20,000 nt of DNA from Catajapyx aquilonaris (GCA_000934665.2 JYFJ02001666.1:54738-74737); one strand, 5' to 3'. Numbered from the stretch's first letter, positions 1-11,731 are shown. Notes: generated by a model from the sequence alone, not told the origin. Made by a program: numbers and translations.

Positions 1-1200
1 GAAAAGTTTTGATCTACCTAGTTAGCGGCATGTGGATGTTATCCTGATGTCAAACTAGACTTAACTATATCGTAATTTTATTAACGTTGAGTGTCGTCTG
101 TGAGCCATTATTTATACCAAAATCAGCCTCGGTGTTGTCTTAGGAAAGGCCATTTTCTCTCCCAGCTATTTACACTACTTCAAGTGTAGCAGCAATTCCA
201 CATCGTACAGTACACTTAGAGCAAAGACAGCTCGCACTAGTCTTGAGCCCGGATAGTAAATAGTCTCCGGCTGTACCTCCCAGGGGACCAGGACAGCCGG
301 CATCAATCACCACGAGGCCGTAAATGGCGGTAGCTTTGAATTAATAATCCAATGACATTCCACTTTTCCAGCGATGTAATTGCGCAATCCAAACCCGCTT
401 CCCCGTGTTGTTACCTGATTGAGAGCAGTGTCAACCGATTTGTTTTCCCAGAGGGCTTTTAAAAGCGCCGGCTATGACTAATTCGCTGGATGGTGGCTGG
501 GGATGGTGGGGGGACACTTCCTGGTTAACTTTGTTTCCAGCCGTGTGTGGCAAGCCGGTACAGTGTATGGATTAAGCCGTTGGAGAAAAGCCGATGCGAT
601 CGGACTGGAAAGATGTTTCCATTAAAGGAAAAGGGCGGGAGACCTTTCCTCCTCTGACTAGAGTTATCTGTTCCGGAAGCCTCCCCCGGAATATTTATGA
701 GCTCCGGTCCATTACCACCCGGCTCGTGCCCAGCGCCCTTGGAAAACAATATCGTTCAAAAGAACGTTTCTTATTTTTATGTTTCCACAGCTAAATGTTC
801 CGCGGTGAAGGAACGGTAGTGTTTGCGAACCTTTAGTGGGCCAGTAAACCAATCGAAGGGTCCATTCCGCCTCCTGTTTCAACTCGACGTGAAAGCCGGA
901 GGAACACTATTGGCCATGACTTGGGGTCCAAATTGCACTATTTTTCACTGCTACCGACCGCGTTTTGCTGGTACTGGCCATCCTGGTGGTCAAGCAAATA
1001 TTGCTAGCAATAGGACAAGTTGCTGTGCTCAATTGTCATACAACTAGTTGGAAAACTAAGATCTGTGACGTAAACCGGCTAAAAATCATCCAGTAACAAC
1101 TATAATAACTTCTTGAACTGAATCATATACAATGTAAACAATTTGTTGTTATTTTTGCATTTGGTGGGGGGAATACAAAATGTGACTTTACTTAATAATA

Positions 1201-1540
1201 CAGTAGAACCACGATTATCCGACCTCGGCTTATCCAACTCCTCGGATTATCCGACCGTCCTGCTCCGGCAATGAATCTGTGTTTTCTCATGAAATACTGT
1301 AATGTTCTACACATTTGTTTGTTTTGCCTTAGTTAATACGGGCAGTACAGTCGAGTATGTGTGTAAAAGAAAAATACTTCACTATTCCTTAGAAAACCAT
1401 AACGTTGTACGTTATTTCATGTTTTTATATGTTTTTCGTTGTGTTTTATTAAAGTCTTTTTACTCCTCAGATTATCCGACATTTTCAGTTATCCGACGAT
1501 GCCCCAGTCCCGTGGGTGACGGATAATCGGGGTTCTATTG
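1201..1540. mobile_element. pogo/Tigger-type MITE (340 bp)
   Basis: 21-bp TIRs CAGTAGAACCACGATTATCCG / CGGATAATCGGGGTTCTATTG (19/21 match), TA on both flanks (1199-1200, 1541-1542), and subterminal TTATCCGA repeats. Confidence 0.88.
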
Positions 1541-2204
1541 TAGTAACTCGCGAACAAAAATGAAAAGGTCTGGTGGCATGTAACATTTTCAGGGCGGCAT
1601 CACGCACACACTCTCTAAAGTAAGAAGCCATGAAGTTTTTCTCCCCTTTTTCGATTTTCCGGGCGAGATTGTTACACACCCTGTCTACCCCGTTTCGTCC
1701 CCAAAATTTCCCTGGGACGGAAGCAGACGCCTCCAGAGAGCTCAATGTCTGCTGCCACCAGAAGTGAGGAACTGACGGGCTGGAAAATAGAGGCGTGTAA
1801 CCCACAAGTAGTTCACTTGATACTCTGCGGTACAGTAACTACATCACAGCCATTGCAGCACTCAGAAAACAAATTACGCGCATCTTAACTGCCTGTTTCG
1901 TTTTCGGTCAACTTTAAGACTCTTCATTTAAAAAGCTCAAATAACAATTATTATATTACATCAGACTAAAAGAAGGGACTATTCATGAAGCGGCAATTTG
2001 AATTACACTCATTTCCAGATTTAAATGAAAAATAGTTCAATCTAATTTCGAAACAAAGTTCTAACTAAAAACACAGTAGTTCTTTAATAGAGTCTATGGC
2101 CCTTAATTTGCTACCCTTTTACAGGGTATTCAGCTGAATTAATAGAACTCATCCTGTGATTAGGTCCTTTTGTAATACGAGTATATGCAGTAAAGTATTA
2201 TTTA

Positions 2205-2210
<6 letters not shown>

Positions 2211-2261
<51 letters not shown>

Positions 2262-2551
2262 GTTATTATTATTATTATTCATACCCCGTTATCAGCCATC
2301 GGCTCTTTAGTGGGGATGTTTGTTTTGCCTGGAACTCTTTGTTTTTCATTTTACTGTGCTCTTTGGGATAGGATAGGGACGGAAGGAAGCGGCTGTGGCC
2401 TATTAATTACGGAAGCAACTCCGGAATTTCCCTGGAAGGACCGGGGGAAACCACAGGAAACCACGGTCAGAGTTGCCTGCCCCGGGATTTGACCCCAAGA
2501 CCTCCCGATTAGCAGTCGGGCACCATATCCCCTCCTCCAAACTGCTTCGGT
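2211..2551 (-). mobile_element. tRNA-derived SINE, family 1, copy A, with long (AAT)n tail
   Basis: Aligns by eye in reverse complement with 15715-16001. It has a degenerate A/B-box head at the 2551 end, the tail appears as (TTA)n on + at about 2206-2279, and the 21-bp TSD GTAAAGTATTATTTAATTATT is at 2190-2210 and 2552-2572. Confidence 0.9.
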
Positions 2552-5500
2552 GTAAAGTATTATTTAATTATTTTATTGATACTATTATTGAAATTACACC
2601 GAGAATTACACACTAAAATAATGCGAACAAAGTTACTATCTTATAGCAAGTTTATTGTCATGTCAAAATTTCGGATTCACTTTGTGTCCATGTCTTTCAA
2701 GATAATTCTCGGTAAAAATATTGATCCGATACTAAACGACAGCAATAGCTGTCTATTTCAGCTTGTACAGCACGAGTTTTCTTAATGACGTCAGCTGATC
2801 TTGAATTACTGTACTCCTCTCTCCTTTGCCCCATCCTAAACATTTAACCGGAACCTGTAATACTGAGCGTAATTCATTAATAATTCATTGAACTGTGAGG
2901 CAAAGGCGTGGAAAACAGTCAGATAAAGTTGTTTTTGCTGCTGAAAATAGGTATTACTCGGTTCATGGTGTCAGGCTATAGGATATTTCTGGCAGCGGAT
3001 TCCACTTTACAGTGCGTCCATAAATAAACAGGTAAGTCTCAGGTGTGTATGTCTGCAGTTTTCATTAGTTGGACGTATAGGAAACGGTGGGCTACACGTG
3101 ACATTTGGCGAATTCGCTGATTCTCGGCGAAATGCGAGAAACACTTTCTCGCCTCCTCTGTTTTTCCCGCTCTCCAAAGAATCGCGCGAAGCCGTGACGC
3201 AATTACACGTAATGAAAAGTGTCGCTTTAATACCTCACGTCAGGCGGAGTTTCCTAAAATCCGCTTGTAAAGAGGCCGAGTGGCCGTAGCACTAGGAGAA
3301 GGCTTATCTTGACGCCTAAGACTTCGCTTTAATTAGCTTCCCTATCTCGCTTATACCTGACTGACAATGAAACTGAAATTGTCGTTTGTTTTTTTAAAAA
3401 AAACCCTCACGGCCAGAAAATTCAAAATAAATTGTCAAATTTTAAAGTTGTGTTGCGCGCGATTTTTGTAATATCAACGTGATTTCAAATATCAAATTAT
3501 TTCATAAATAGTTATTAATTCAGTTTTGAAAATGTGACACTTTCCTTAATTCCAACTGAATAAATGTGTCCCGCTTCACTAATAAATCTTGGGCATATGC
3601 ATGCGACATGCAGTTGAAATTAGTCTTTTCTCTTAAGTTCCTTCTGATCCTGGGGGCAATGCTCAGGATTAAGTAGGGTAAAACCAGATTTGTTTCCAAT
3701 TGTTATCCTTTCGTTTGATTAATCAGAAACTAATGCTAGTGCAACCCCCGTTCTTTTTTCCATGAGTTACACCGTCCCCAATTTTAAAAAAAATATATAA
3801 TTCACGCCTTTGTGGCCGCGGATGCACTGGGACAGGGACAATATTTTATTGGGAGGTGGAGGGTGGGAGTAGAGGGAAACGTGATGTGTGGTCGGAAATC
3901 CCCGACGGAATTCAGTAGGTAATTAACCGCTTCACATGAAATGTAATCTGTCTCGCAGCTTTCGGGCCGTACATTTTCATGGCGATTCACCGGGCTGTGG
4001 ACGATCCCGAGCAAATAAAAAGGGGGATCTGGACGGAAAGGTCCACTGACTAGCATTGATCTATGCGACCATTGTGCTGATGTTTGCCTTTGGCCAATTA
4101 GTCGCGCTTTATTTGCCTGGTTCCATGGGTCACAACTTGGACGGCTGCACGTCACGTTGTGCTCGACGATATGGCGTCCTTAATTTGACTTCTTTTGTGA
4201 TTTCGATATTCAAAGAGGAACCTTTGTTGCCGTGTTGTTTAAATAATGGGTAGCGTTATAATTGCGAGACGTTAGGTAGGTGAGGCAGTATAAAGAAAAA
4301 TCATGCAAAACAAATGTTACAAAATAATTGTTAAATTTTAAAACCTGAAGTTGCTGGCCAATGCGCAATTTTCCACTCATCGTTTTAAACTCAATAATAT
4401 TTAAGAGCGCATCATGTTACAAAAATTTGAGAATATAGAGTCCTCCACTGCTCTGCAAAATCCTGGAAGGAAGAAGAGAAAAAGCATATGTATGGATCAA
4501 GTGATCGTTGAGTGGCGTGTGCAGCTGGCTGGTCTTATTGGAGCATCGACTGCTGATTGGTACGGGAAACTATGTGAGAGCAGAAGTGACGGAGCCGATG
4601 TCCCTTTTGACCCCCCCATGGAGGCAGCCAGGCAATTTCTTATTTTTCTTGTGCTGCCTGCATGGCTCCCCCATGCAGAAGCCACCGCCTATAGCCATAG
4701 CCCTCCGTCGGCGGAGCAACAGCCATAGTCGATAAGCAGTTTTGGGAGGCAAGGGAACAGCACCATAGCTTTTTGTTCCTTATTCCCATCATCCAATCCC
4801 CTCGTCCAATTTTCATTGCCATACCCTCAGATGAACAGGTCCGCACCGATGAACTGCATGGGGCATTGGGTCAATACGGCCAGGAATGGGGTTATGGCCG
4901 TTATACCTCCAAGATTATGGCCCTCTCGGTCTAAGGGCCACGAGGAGAGAATGGCCCTAGGAAGATGGGGATGCCCATGGGCCATCCAACGGGCTGCTAC
5001 GTGAAATTGAACTTCCGCCACGTCCCCCCGCCTCCTCCTTTTCAGCTTTCCTTTTTTTCTTCTTCTTCCTCCTCCTCCTTCTCCTTCTCTTGCTCTGTTC
5101 CGTGCGCCCAGAGTGAGGAAAAGTAGTCTCGACTCCTTCGAGTGCAGTATGGGTTCTTTTTCTCCGCTTCTAATTTCGTTTCCTTTCGGCTCAACGACCT
5201 AACAGAAGGAATGTATTTGCAAGAGCTCAATGCTGTAGGGTGACCATCATGGCACTAGTTTTCTAAAAAGATTGCAACGCGTCAAGTAGCCTACGCATAC
5301 AGGTGTTATCAAAATGTCATAGATCTGTAAATTGCTGAATCAAGTTGACAACCTGCATGGTAGTAGGCCTATATGCATAATTCCACAATATGACAAAGCT
5401 AGGTGAATGCCAACTGACACGTGCTCACGCAGCAGGTAGGGTCTACTGTCAGCAGAGTGAGTCAAAATGTCTCTTTCTCTCAGCCTGCTGGGTGCTGACA

Positions 5501-5589
5501 ACATGAGCTTTTAACAGCCCTCTGTAGTATATACGTTAGGGAAATGAAACCGGCTTCAGTGTAAGTCTCGGTAGGGCTCAAGTCAAATT

Positions 5590-5790
5590 CCTGCACATTG
5601 AAGTCGACGGGCAAATCCGGAGCCCGAGTTGAGAAGCTTTTCTGTCCGATCGAAGTCCTGAGGAACGTGAGCTCCGTCGAGTTTCGGAGGGCCTATGGTA
5701 CCAAGTTCTGTGCCTGCTGCCCCTGGCATCGCCCACTGGCCAAACGGGTAGAGTGGGTGAGGAGGTAGGTGGGTGGAAGAGGAAACTCCG
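5590..5790 (-). pseudogene. Possible relic of a LINE ORF2 C-terminus
   Basis: One frame reads PPTYL...*ALRNSTELTFLRTSIGQKSFSTRAPDLP, reminiscent of the PxYL...LRxxxxL..RT..GxxSFSxRAPxLWNxLP tail of L2/CR1-group ORF2. This is recognised from memory only and is short. Confidence 0.3.
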
Positions 5791-6004
5791 CTTGATCACG
5801 TTTTACCCTAATGAGTTCACACCTCGGGGCCATCGGCTCCTTTATGGCGCCAGAGAGGAAAGGAAGACAAATGGGAAAACCTGCAGACCTGACTGACTCC
5901 AAACTGCCCCCCTCCCATCACCTTCTTCCGCCTTTTTTAAGGCACGCAAAGATATACCAACCAGGCCCTAAATCTAAACACCCGATTTAAGAGCTCTAGT
6001 ATTA

Positions 6005-6010
6005 TTTATT
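6005..6010 (-). terminator. Polyadenylation signal AATAAA of the peptide gene
   Basis: TTTATT on + at 6005-6010, about 38 nt downstream of the TGA stop on the minus strand. Confidence 0.6.
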
Positions 6011-6047
6011 AACGCAATTAGAGTACACTGCAGGGAGTACCGGTCGT

Positions 6048-6281
6048 TCAGCATGGCGCTGCGCCGAAGACTCGCCGGCATACGTTTTGCTGGTCACGCC
6101 GGTAGCCGCAGGGGCAGGTGGCATCACCGCTGGCTATCACCTGATCAGGGTTCTGCAGGGGGTGCAGGGCCTCCAGGACCTCTTCTGGAGAGTGGTAGTC
6201 GTAGTCCACATAGTCCTTGTACGGCATGGAGGCAGCCTGGAGGATCAGTCCCACGAAGATGAACAGCAGAAACCACTTCAT
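6048..6281 (-). CDS. Small secreted Cys-rich peptide precursor (77 aa), GBP/ENF(paralytic peptide)/secapin-like
   Basis: MKWFLLFIFVGLILQAAS is a typical signal peptide. It is followed by an acidic Tyr/Asp spacer and the C-terminal CPCGYRRDQQNVCRRVF, which fits C-x2-G-x(4-6)-G-x(1-2)-C-[KR] with Gly replaced by Asn. The start context is insect-type (CAAAAATG), codons are mostly G/C-ending, and AATAAA lies at 6010-6005. Confidence 0.82.
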   Translation of the reverse strand: MKWFLLFIFVGLILQAASMPYKDYVDYDYHSPEEVLEALHPLQNPDQVIASGDATCPCGYRRDQQNVCRRVFGAAPC

Positions 6282-6296
6282 TTTTGGTGATACCCA

Positions 6297-6548
6297 CTGT
6301 CAGGTGTGTAAAAACCCAAACTCAATTACATCCACTTTAAATAAAAATCTGTAGAAAATGCCATTAGCCGCATCCACTACCTGGCAGCGTTGAACCCATT
6401 TTCCATAAAAATTATAGGCTTACCATATCTCGTTTCCAGCCTTCTAATAACTGTGCCCAGCAGATCAGCTCACTGTATGGTGTATATACGTACCTGGACC
6501 ACCAGCTGACTGACAGACTGGCTGCAACCAGGCTCGAAAGTGATATAA
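6297..6548 (-). promoter_or_regulatory. Putative core promoter, short 5'UTR exon and 197-nt 5'UTR intron of the peptide gene
   Basis: On the minus strand: TTATAT at 6548-6543, Inr-like CCAGTC (6521-6516) and TCAGTC (6513-6508), donor CAG|GTACGT (intron starts 6493), and acceptor tttttacacacctgacAG| ending at 6297, 15 nt before the ATG. An alternative donor (GTAAGC near 6420) and acceptor (ttttctacag near 6350) also exist. Confidence 0.45.
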
Positions 6549-9500
6549 TTCCTCTCCGTATGAAAACCACCGAGATATATTCTATACTACGTTTCCTGTA
6601 GGGGACGCATATCTCGGTTCGCTTTCCGCACTCTTATTAGGAATACCTTCTGGTACGTAGTGAAGACATACGGAAACCACAGCCCCACTTGCAACCGGTT
6701 AATGAGATTTCCTCTCTGATTTGGAGCTCGGAATTAAACCCACATGGCATCCTCATCAACACTTCCCCAGATTAAAAACACGGAAAAAAAACTGGGGGGG
6801 GTATGGGAGGCTGGTGAACGTTCATACTAATCCATTCGTGGCAGTACCTATGCGGGGACTGGGTGGTGCCTGTGAGGACATGTTGCATATTGTGGGGGTC
6901 AAAAAAAATTGGAAATACAATTTGTCAGGCAGATGCAGGATTTTGGAGCGCAGTCAGGAGGAGATGTAATTTTGACAAATTCATATGCAGTATAAGGCAT
7001 TAGTTATATCATTTTACAGTCGATTTTTGAAAAAGTCGGCGTGTTTTTGAGCTTTACAAATTAACTTCATGAACACCCTGTATGACTGACATCATAGCTA
7101 GCTTCTATACCCGGATGATGTCAAGAATCGATTGAGAGCTTACTTCTTAGGCTGAATAGAAAATCGGTGCTTCAAGATACTCACAAAAGATTTCATTCTA
7201 CACAACTACTCTCTGTAGCCTATATATCCACCCTCCTCCCCCTGCCTCCCTAGCCCATGAGAGGAATCGAAAAATATGCATTTCATGCGCACGAGAATCC
7301 TAAAGCAGTGAGTTATACCCCCTCCTGTTTTTCTACCACAGAAGAAGAGCACTACAGCAATGGTCCATTTCTCCCCTCTTATAACCTAATTAGGCCCTCA
7401 GCGAATATTTAAAGTTCTGTCAGTGCCTCCCCCCGCCCCATTCAAATTCTGTTTCTCCCTTCCCCCCAATTCCACTTGTAAAATTCCTCTTAAAACCCGA
7501 ATGAGTTTACCCACTAAAGCCACGATTACCGTATAATAAGCTTTGTTAGGATTCCAGCAAATGCACATTACATTCGGCAGCAGTCCGGATTGGGAATGCA
7601 TTGACAAAACGAGGTTACAAGATTTGATTGATGTAATGCGCGTAAATAAATCAGATAATAGGGGTTATCCAGTTATGTGATACAACAGAGTGACAATTAT
7701 TTGCACTGCGTGTGAAACTGCGACATATATAGTTACTACCTAGTATTGGTTCCGTACATATATCGTGAGCATACAAGTGAAACAAATATTCATAATGAGC
7801 CAGCAAGATTTTCTGTCATTACTAGCATGTAACAATTTTATTTAGATAATTATTACTGGTTTTTGTACTTAATGAATTTATCGTGTACGCCGACGATATG
7901 TTGCAATATTGCAATGTGAAAAGTGCGCCTGCAGTGAAGGCCGACTCATGCGCAATTATTACAGAGCAAACAAAATTATTTTCAAGTCTCCGCCGGCAGT
8001 AGAGTCCCCCGTTATAATCCACAAATGGGTAGATTAGAGTGGGAATAAAATCTCTTCGCGACGTGTTAAGTGCTTTCGCAATATTTTCCCCGCAATTTAC
8101 GTGGCGCTTTGGTAATTAGAACCTGTACTGCATGGCACCTCACACTTGGCTATACAGTACATATAAACTGCACCGCAATCCATAATGTGCCTCACCTTTT
8201 TGCTGAGTCTATTTTCCTCGCCTCCTCCCCAAACACGGCCGCAAGCCTCCCCATCCCCGCCATCCCCCACTTCCCTTCTCCTCACATGTTCCGCATATAA
8301 TTAGCTTTCGGGGCCACAAAAACCACAAGATAATGCCAGGCCCGCAGCACCGGCCTCATGCCCGATACACTATCAAGTGCAGGTACACAAAAAATTCGGT
8401 TCCAACAACCCCACTTTGTATTAACACTTGCTATTCAAGCTGGTTTTTACCAGAGGAATATCGCGGCTTTAGCTACCATTTTTGCCCAATGATAGCTGGG
8501 GAATATTCGACAAAACATGTCTAGGGCTGAACAGCACCAAGATGTGCCAGCATGCACCTTTAAAATATTTTTGGCACATTCTCGGGCAAAAAAAAAAGGC
8601 ACCTGTCATCTTCTTCCCTGAGCTGAGCCCCACCTTTCCCAAGCACGGAGTAAGGGGGTTGGGGGTACGGGTAAGTCCGGAATAAAATCAAATGCGGTCC
8701 GTCACTTCCTCTCGGGATCATCGTCAGAAAATCTGTCAGATAATCTTCTCTCTTCGCCATCACTCGGATCGGCTGCGTTTTTCCCTGCAGATCACGTAGC
8801 CAGGAAATTGAATCAAGCATTCACGCCGGCTCGACACCCTCACCAACTGTAGCGCTCGACCCCCATCGCAGAACCTGGCGCCAAAATTTGCCAATCGGGA
8901 GGAAAAATAGGAAGGAAAGGGTCGTAGACACCAAGAAGAGACCTCTGTTTTAATATATTTAAAAAAAAGAACTATTCCTCGAATATAATGGTTTTAAAAT
9001 GCGTGATATTACCGCATCTATCAGATGGGGCTGGAATAAGGGAGTTNGGGGGGGGGGGGCAGATAATGCGTGGGTGTTAGGAGTGCGTAAGCAGCCCTCA
9101 GATGAGGCTAGTCATAATAAACAAACTTGTAAGTGTATTCTTGGAATGGACCGTCTGGAAGGAGGTCAGATCTGACACTATACAGTGTAGGGTTCATTAT
9201 CTGAATCCACTTCCGCACAGCCGTCCGCAAGCATTATCGCGGTCTCATTCCTACATATGAGTACATGTGCAACGGCCTATCAATCGCTTCCGGTTGTGAT
9301 GTCCAATCGGGGACCAGAGGCAAGCTGTCAGCAAAAACACGCATCCCATATGAAAACTAGGCAAACTGATAGTCTTTTGGGCACTTTGCACGTGTCAAGA
9401 TTTTAATTGGACCCGTCAAGAGGGCTCCTTTTTGCCGGTTTTTATCACGTGTGGTAGGCAGATTAACTAATCCATTAGTCCACGGGGCATCGTTTATCAT

Positions 9501-10233
9501 TCAACACTTGGCAATAACGCTGCGATTGATCAGTACTAAAATACAGTTAGCGCTATTAACGCCGTCCACCGCAAATATTTTAACCACAAAGAGCCGCACT
9601 TGTGAAATCAATTCGGGACCCATTTATGGAAATTCACTCGCAAATTATTGCGCCAGCTCATCAGCTCGCTCCAGCAGCACCATGGATGCTCCTGAACAAG
9701 TGCACTGTCTTGCAAATTGCCTCATTTACAGCCCAAAACAAATCTCATTCAGTATTATTTGCCTGCGTGGTTATACAACTCGGAAACATTTTGCAATCAA
9801 CATTTTTGTTTGGGGAGGGGAGGGGGGTATTCTTTTGTCTGCACTTTGTGATTTAGGAAATTCCCATCCTGACATGTTTCTGAGAAATCGAGAAGCACAA
9901 TATACGACATACCTGCAACATTCTGTCACATGTGGTCATGGCATCTGATCCACCAGCCCACTTGTGTAGTTAACACCAAAGCGGCCAACTAAACACAGCC
10001 ATACACTGTACAGTACAGCAGCAGTCTGTAGCTCCAACAAGAAACGAGTGCAGGGTCAAATGACACTGCAGATATTAAGATAAGTACACCATTTTCTGGG
10101 ATGTTGGAGGATTTGATTGAGTGTTGGGCACGCGGAAGAGTAATGTCATTAGTCAAATGGTGCTGGGAAAGTGAGCCCAAGGTCGCCATATGCAAAAATG
10201 TAGTGTTAGAGAGGAATATGGTGGCATAGTATA

Positions 10234-11129
10234 CAGTCCAGCCATAAAGTTTAGGGACACCTTCCCAAACGGTACTTCTTCCTGTCCCCAAACTTTCGGA
10301 CAAATCGATTTTTTTTCCCTGCACCAGTGAATTTCACGTAAAAAAATCAATTACGACATATTGGTTTGAAGTGTACGCCTAATACAGTCAGCGTAATTAA
10401 TTATTAAAGTATTTTCTTAACGTCGCTAAGCGCATAGAATTTTTTCTTGTGTAAGGTGGTGGTGTCCCCCCAAAAGAGCACTGCTGCTCTACCACGGGGT
10501 AAATAAAATAAATAAATAAATATTAAAGTATTTTAATATTGCTGTGTTTATGACACTTTCGAAGCTGTTATATTTTCTCTAATGGAAATGCTGACGTGTA
10601 TGACTATGAAATTCCGAAGAAAAATAGTCCAAAAGGTACTGCATGTTAGTAACTTAAGAAAAAAATTAGAAAAATTTCTTTGGCAAAGTAAAAAAACAAA
10701 ATGGCGCCATTGTGTGAGTGATATTTCCAATTTACGTTGTATGGGATTTTGTATGGACTGAACTTTTTGCCAATTTCTCCATTTTTTTTTTACTTTGCCA
10801 ATGAATTTTTTTCTAATTTTTTCTAAAGTTACTACCACATACAGTACCTTTTGGACTCTTTTTCTTTGGAATTTCATAGTCATACACCTCAGCATTTCCA
10901 TGAGAGAAAATATGACAGCTTAGAAAGTGTCGTAAACACAGCAATATTAAAATACTTTAATAATAATTACGCAGACTGTATTAGGCGTACACTTCAAACA
11001 AATGTCGTAATGGATCATTTATTTTACGTGAAATTCACTCGCGCAGGAAAAAAATCGATTTGTCAAAAAGTTTGGGGACAGGAAGAAGTACAGTTTGGGA
11101 GGGTGTCCCTAAACTTTATGGCTGGACTG
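10234..11129. mobile_element. Tc1-like fold-back MITE (896 bp) with very long inverted arms
   Basis: Ends CAGTCCAGCCATAAAGTTTAGGGACAC / GTGTCCCTAAACTTTATGGCTGGACTG with TA on both flanks. The arms stay complementary inward to about 10705/10778, and the ORF track shows near-identical peptides on opposite strands (10153-10350 - and 10851-11132 +). Confidence 0.92.
10416..10520 (+). mobile_element. 5'-truncated retroposon fragment (105 bp) nested in the left arm of the Tc1-like MITE
   Basis: Absent from the right arm, ends in a (TAAA)n tail, and has the 14-bp TSD TATTAAAGTATTTT at 10402-10415 and 10521-10534. Confidence 0.85.
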
Positions 11130-11274
11130 TAAGTAACATGTAGGTGTTGTAGTCGTATACACATGGGTATACCAGTATAGTGACCTACTGACTGTCGAAA
11201 TGAGAGCAATAATTATTGCATGCTTCATGCAATCAAAATGTGAGTACATGACTGTACATGAGTAAGTTAAAATA

Positions 11275-11496
11275 CAGGATGATCAAAAAGTCTCTGTGCA
11301 CCTGATAATTACGGTACAGAAATAGTTTAAAACACTTACAATGCTCACAGAGTTACAAGCACTGTTGAAAGTGTCCCCTGCCAGTCTCCAGATATTTCTA
11401 CATGATCATTGTATGTGGTTTACACTATTAAACATACAGTATTTTTGCATTATGTACTGTAATCATCAGGTGCACAGAAACCTTTTGATCACCCTG
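11275..11496 (-). mobile_element. Internally deleted mariner-family element (222 bp)
   Basis: About 44-bp TIRs CAGG(A/G)TGATCAAAA(A/G)GT(C/T)TCTGTGCACCTGAT(A/G)ATTAC(A/G)GTACA, with TA on the left flank and CA on the right. The minus strand keeps a transposase-like C-terminus, YLETGRGHFQQCL*. Confidence 0.85.
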
Positions 11497-11731
11497 CATG
11501 AGAGTGTAGCATCACACAACTCTGTATAACTCGTATACATCATTACTCTACATGTAAAATCTTAATGCAAAATTGTCATGGCATCATGTTTTATTCGAGG
11601 GTGTGAAGACTGAAGATATTAACCCACAACTGTGAAATTTCTTTATTAGGTGTTAGACTATGCTGACCAAAAGGGCGAGTACAAAGATATTTTTTCTGTG
11701 CACAATGGTGCGTAGGAAAATTCATGACTTC

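Noticed and set aside
2156..2371. ORF with poly-Tyr run
   Set aside because: Translation of the SINE (TTA)n tail, not a gene.
4414..5021. Cluster of overlapping 60-104 aa ORFs in a GC-richer patch
   Set aside because: No consistent frame, domain or splice structure could be recognised.
6053..6290. Two + strand ORFs overlapping the peptide gene
   Set aside because: Antisense shadows of the GC-rich minus-strand CDS, with no protein features.
7060..7082. Mariner-like right terminus (TGAACACCCTG-TA), raising the idea that the peptide gene is TE-captured
   Set aside because: No matching left TIR was found on the other side of the gene; probably a solitary fragment.
7087..7123. Short inverted repeat TGACATCAT/ATGATGTCA
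   Set aside because: Only 9 bp with no TSD or other support; compatible with chance.
9047..9059. N followed by a G homopolymer
   Set aside because: Likely a sequencing or assembly uncertainty; contiguity across this point should be treated with caution.
9451..9948. 165-aa + strand ORF
   Set aside because: GTG start, no recognisable domain, no codon bias or gene signals.
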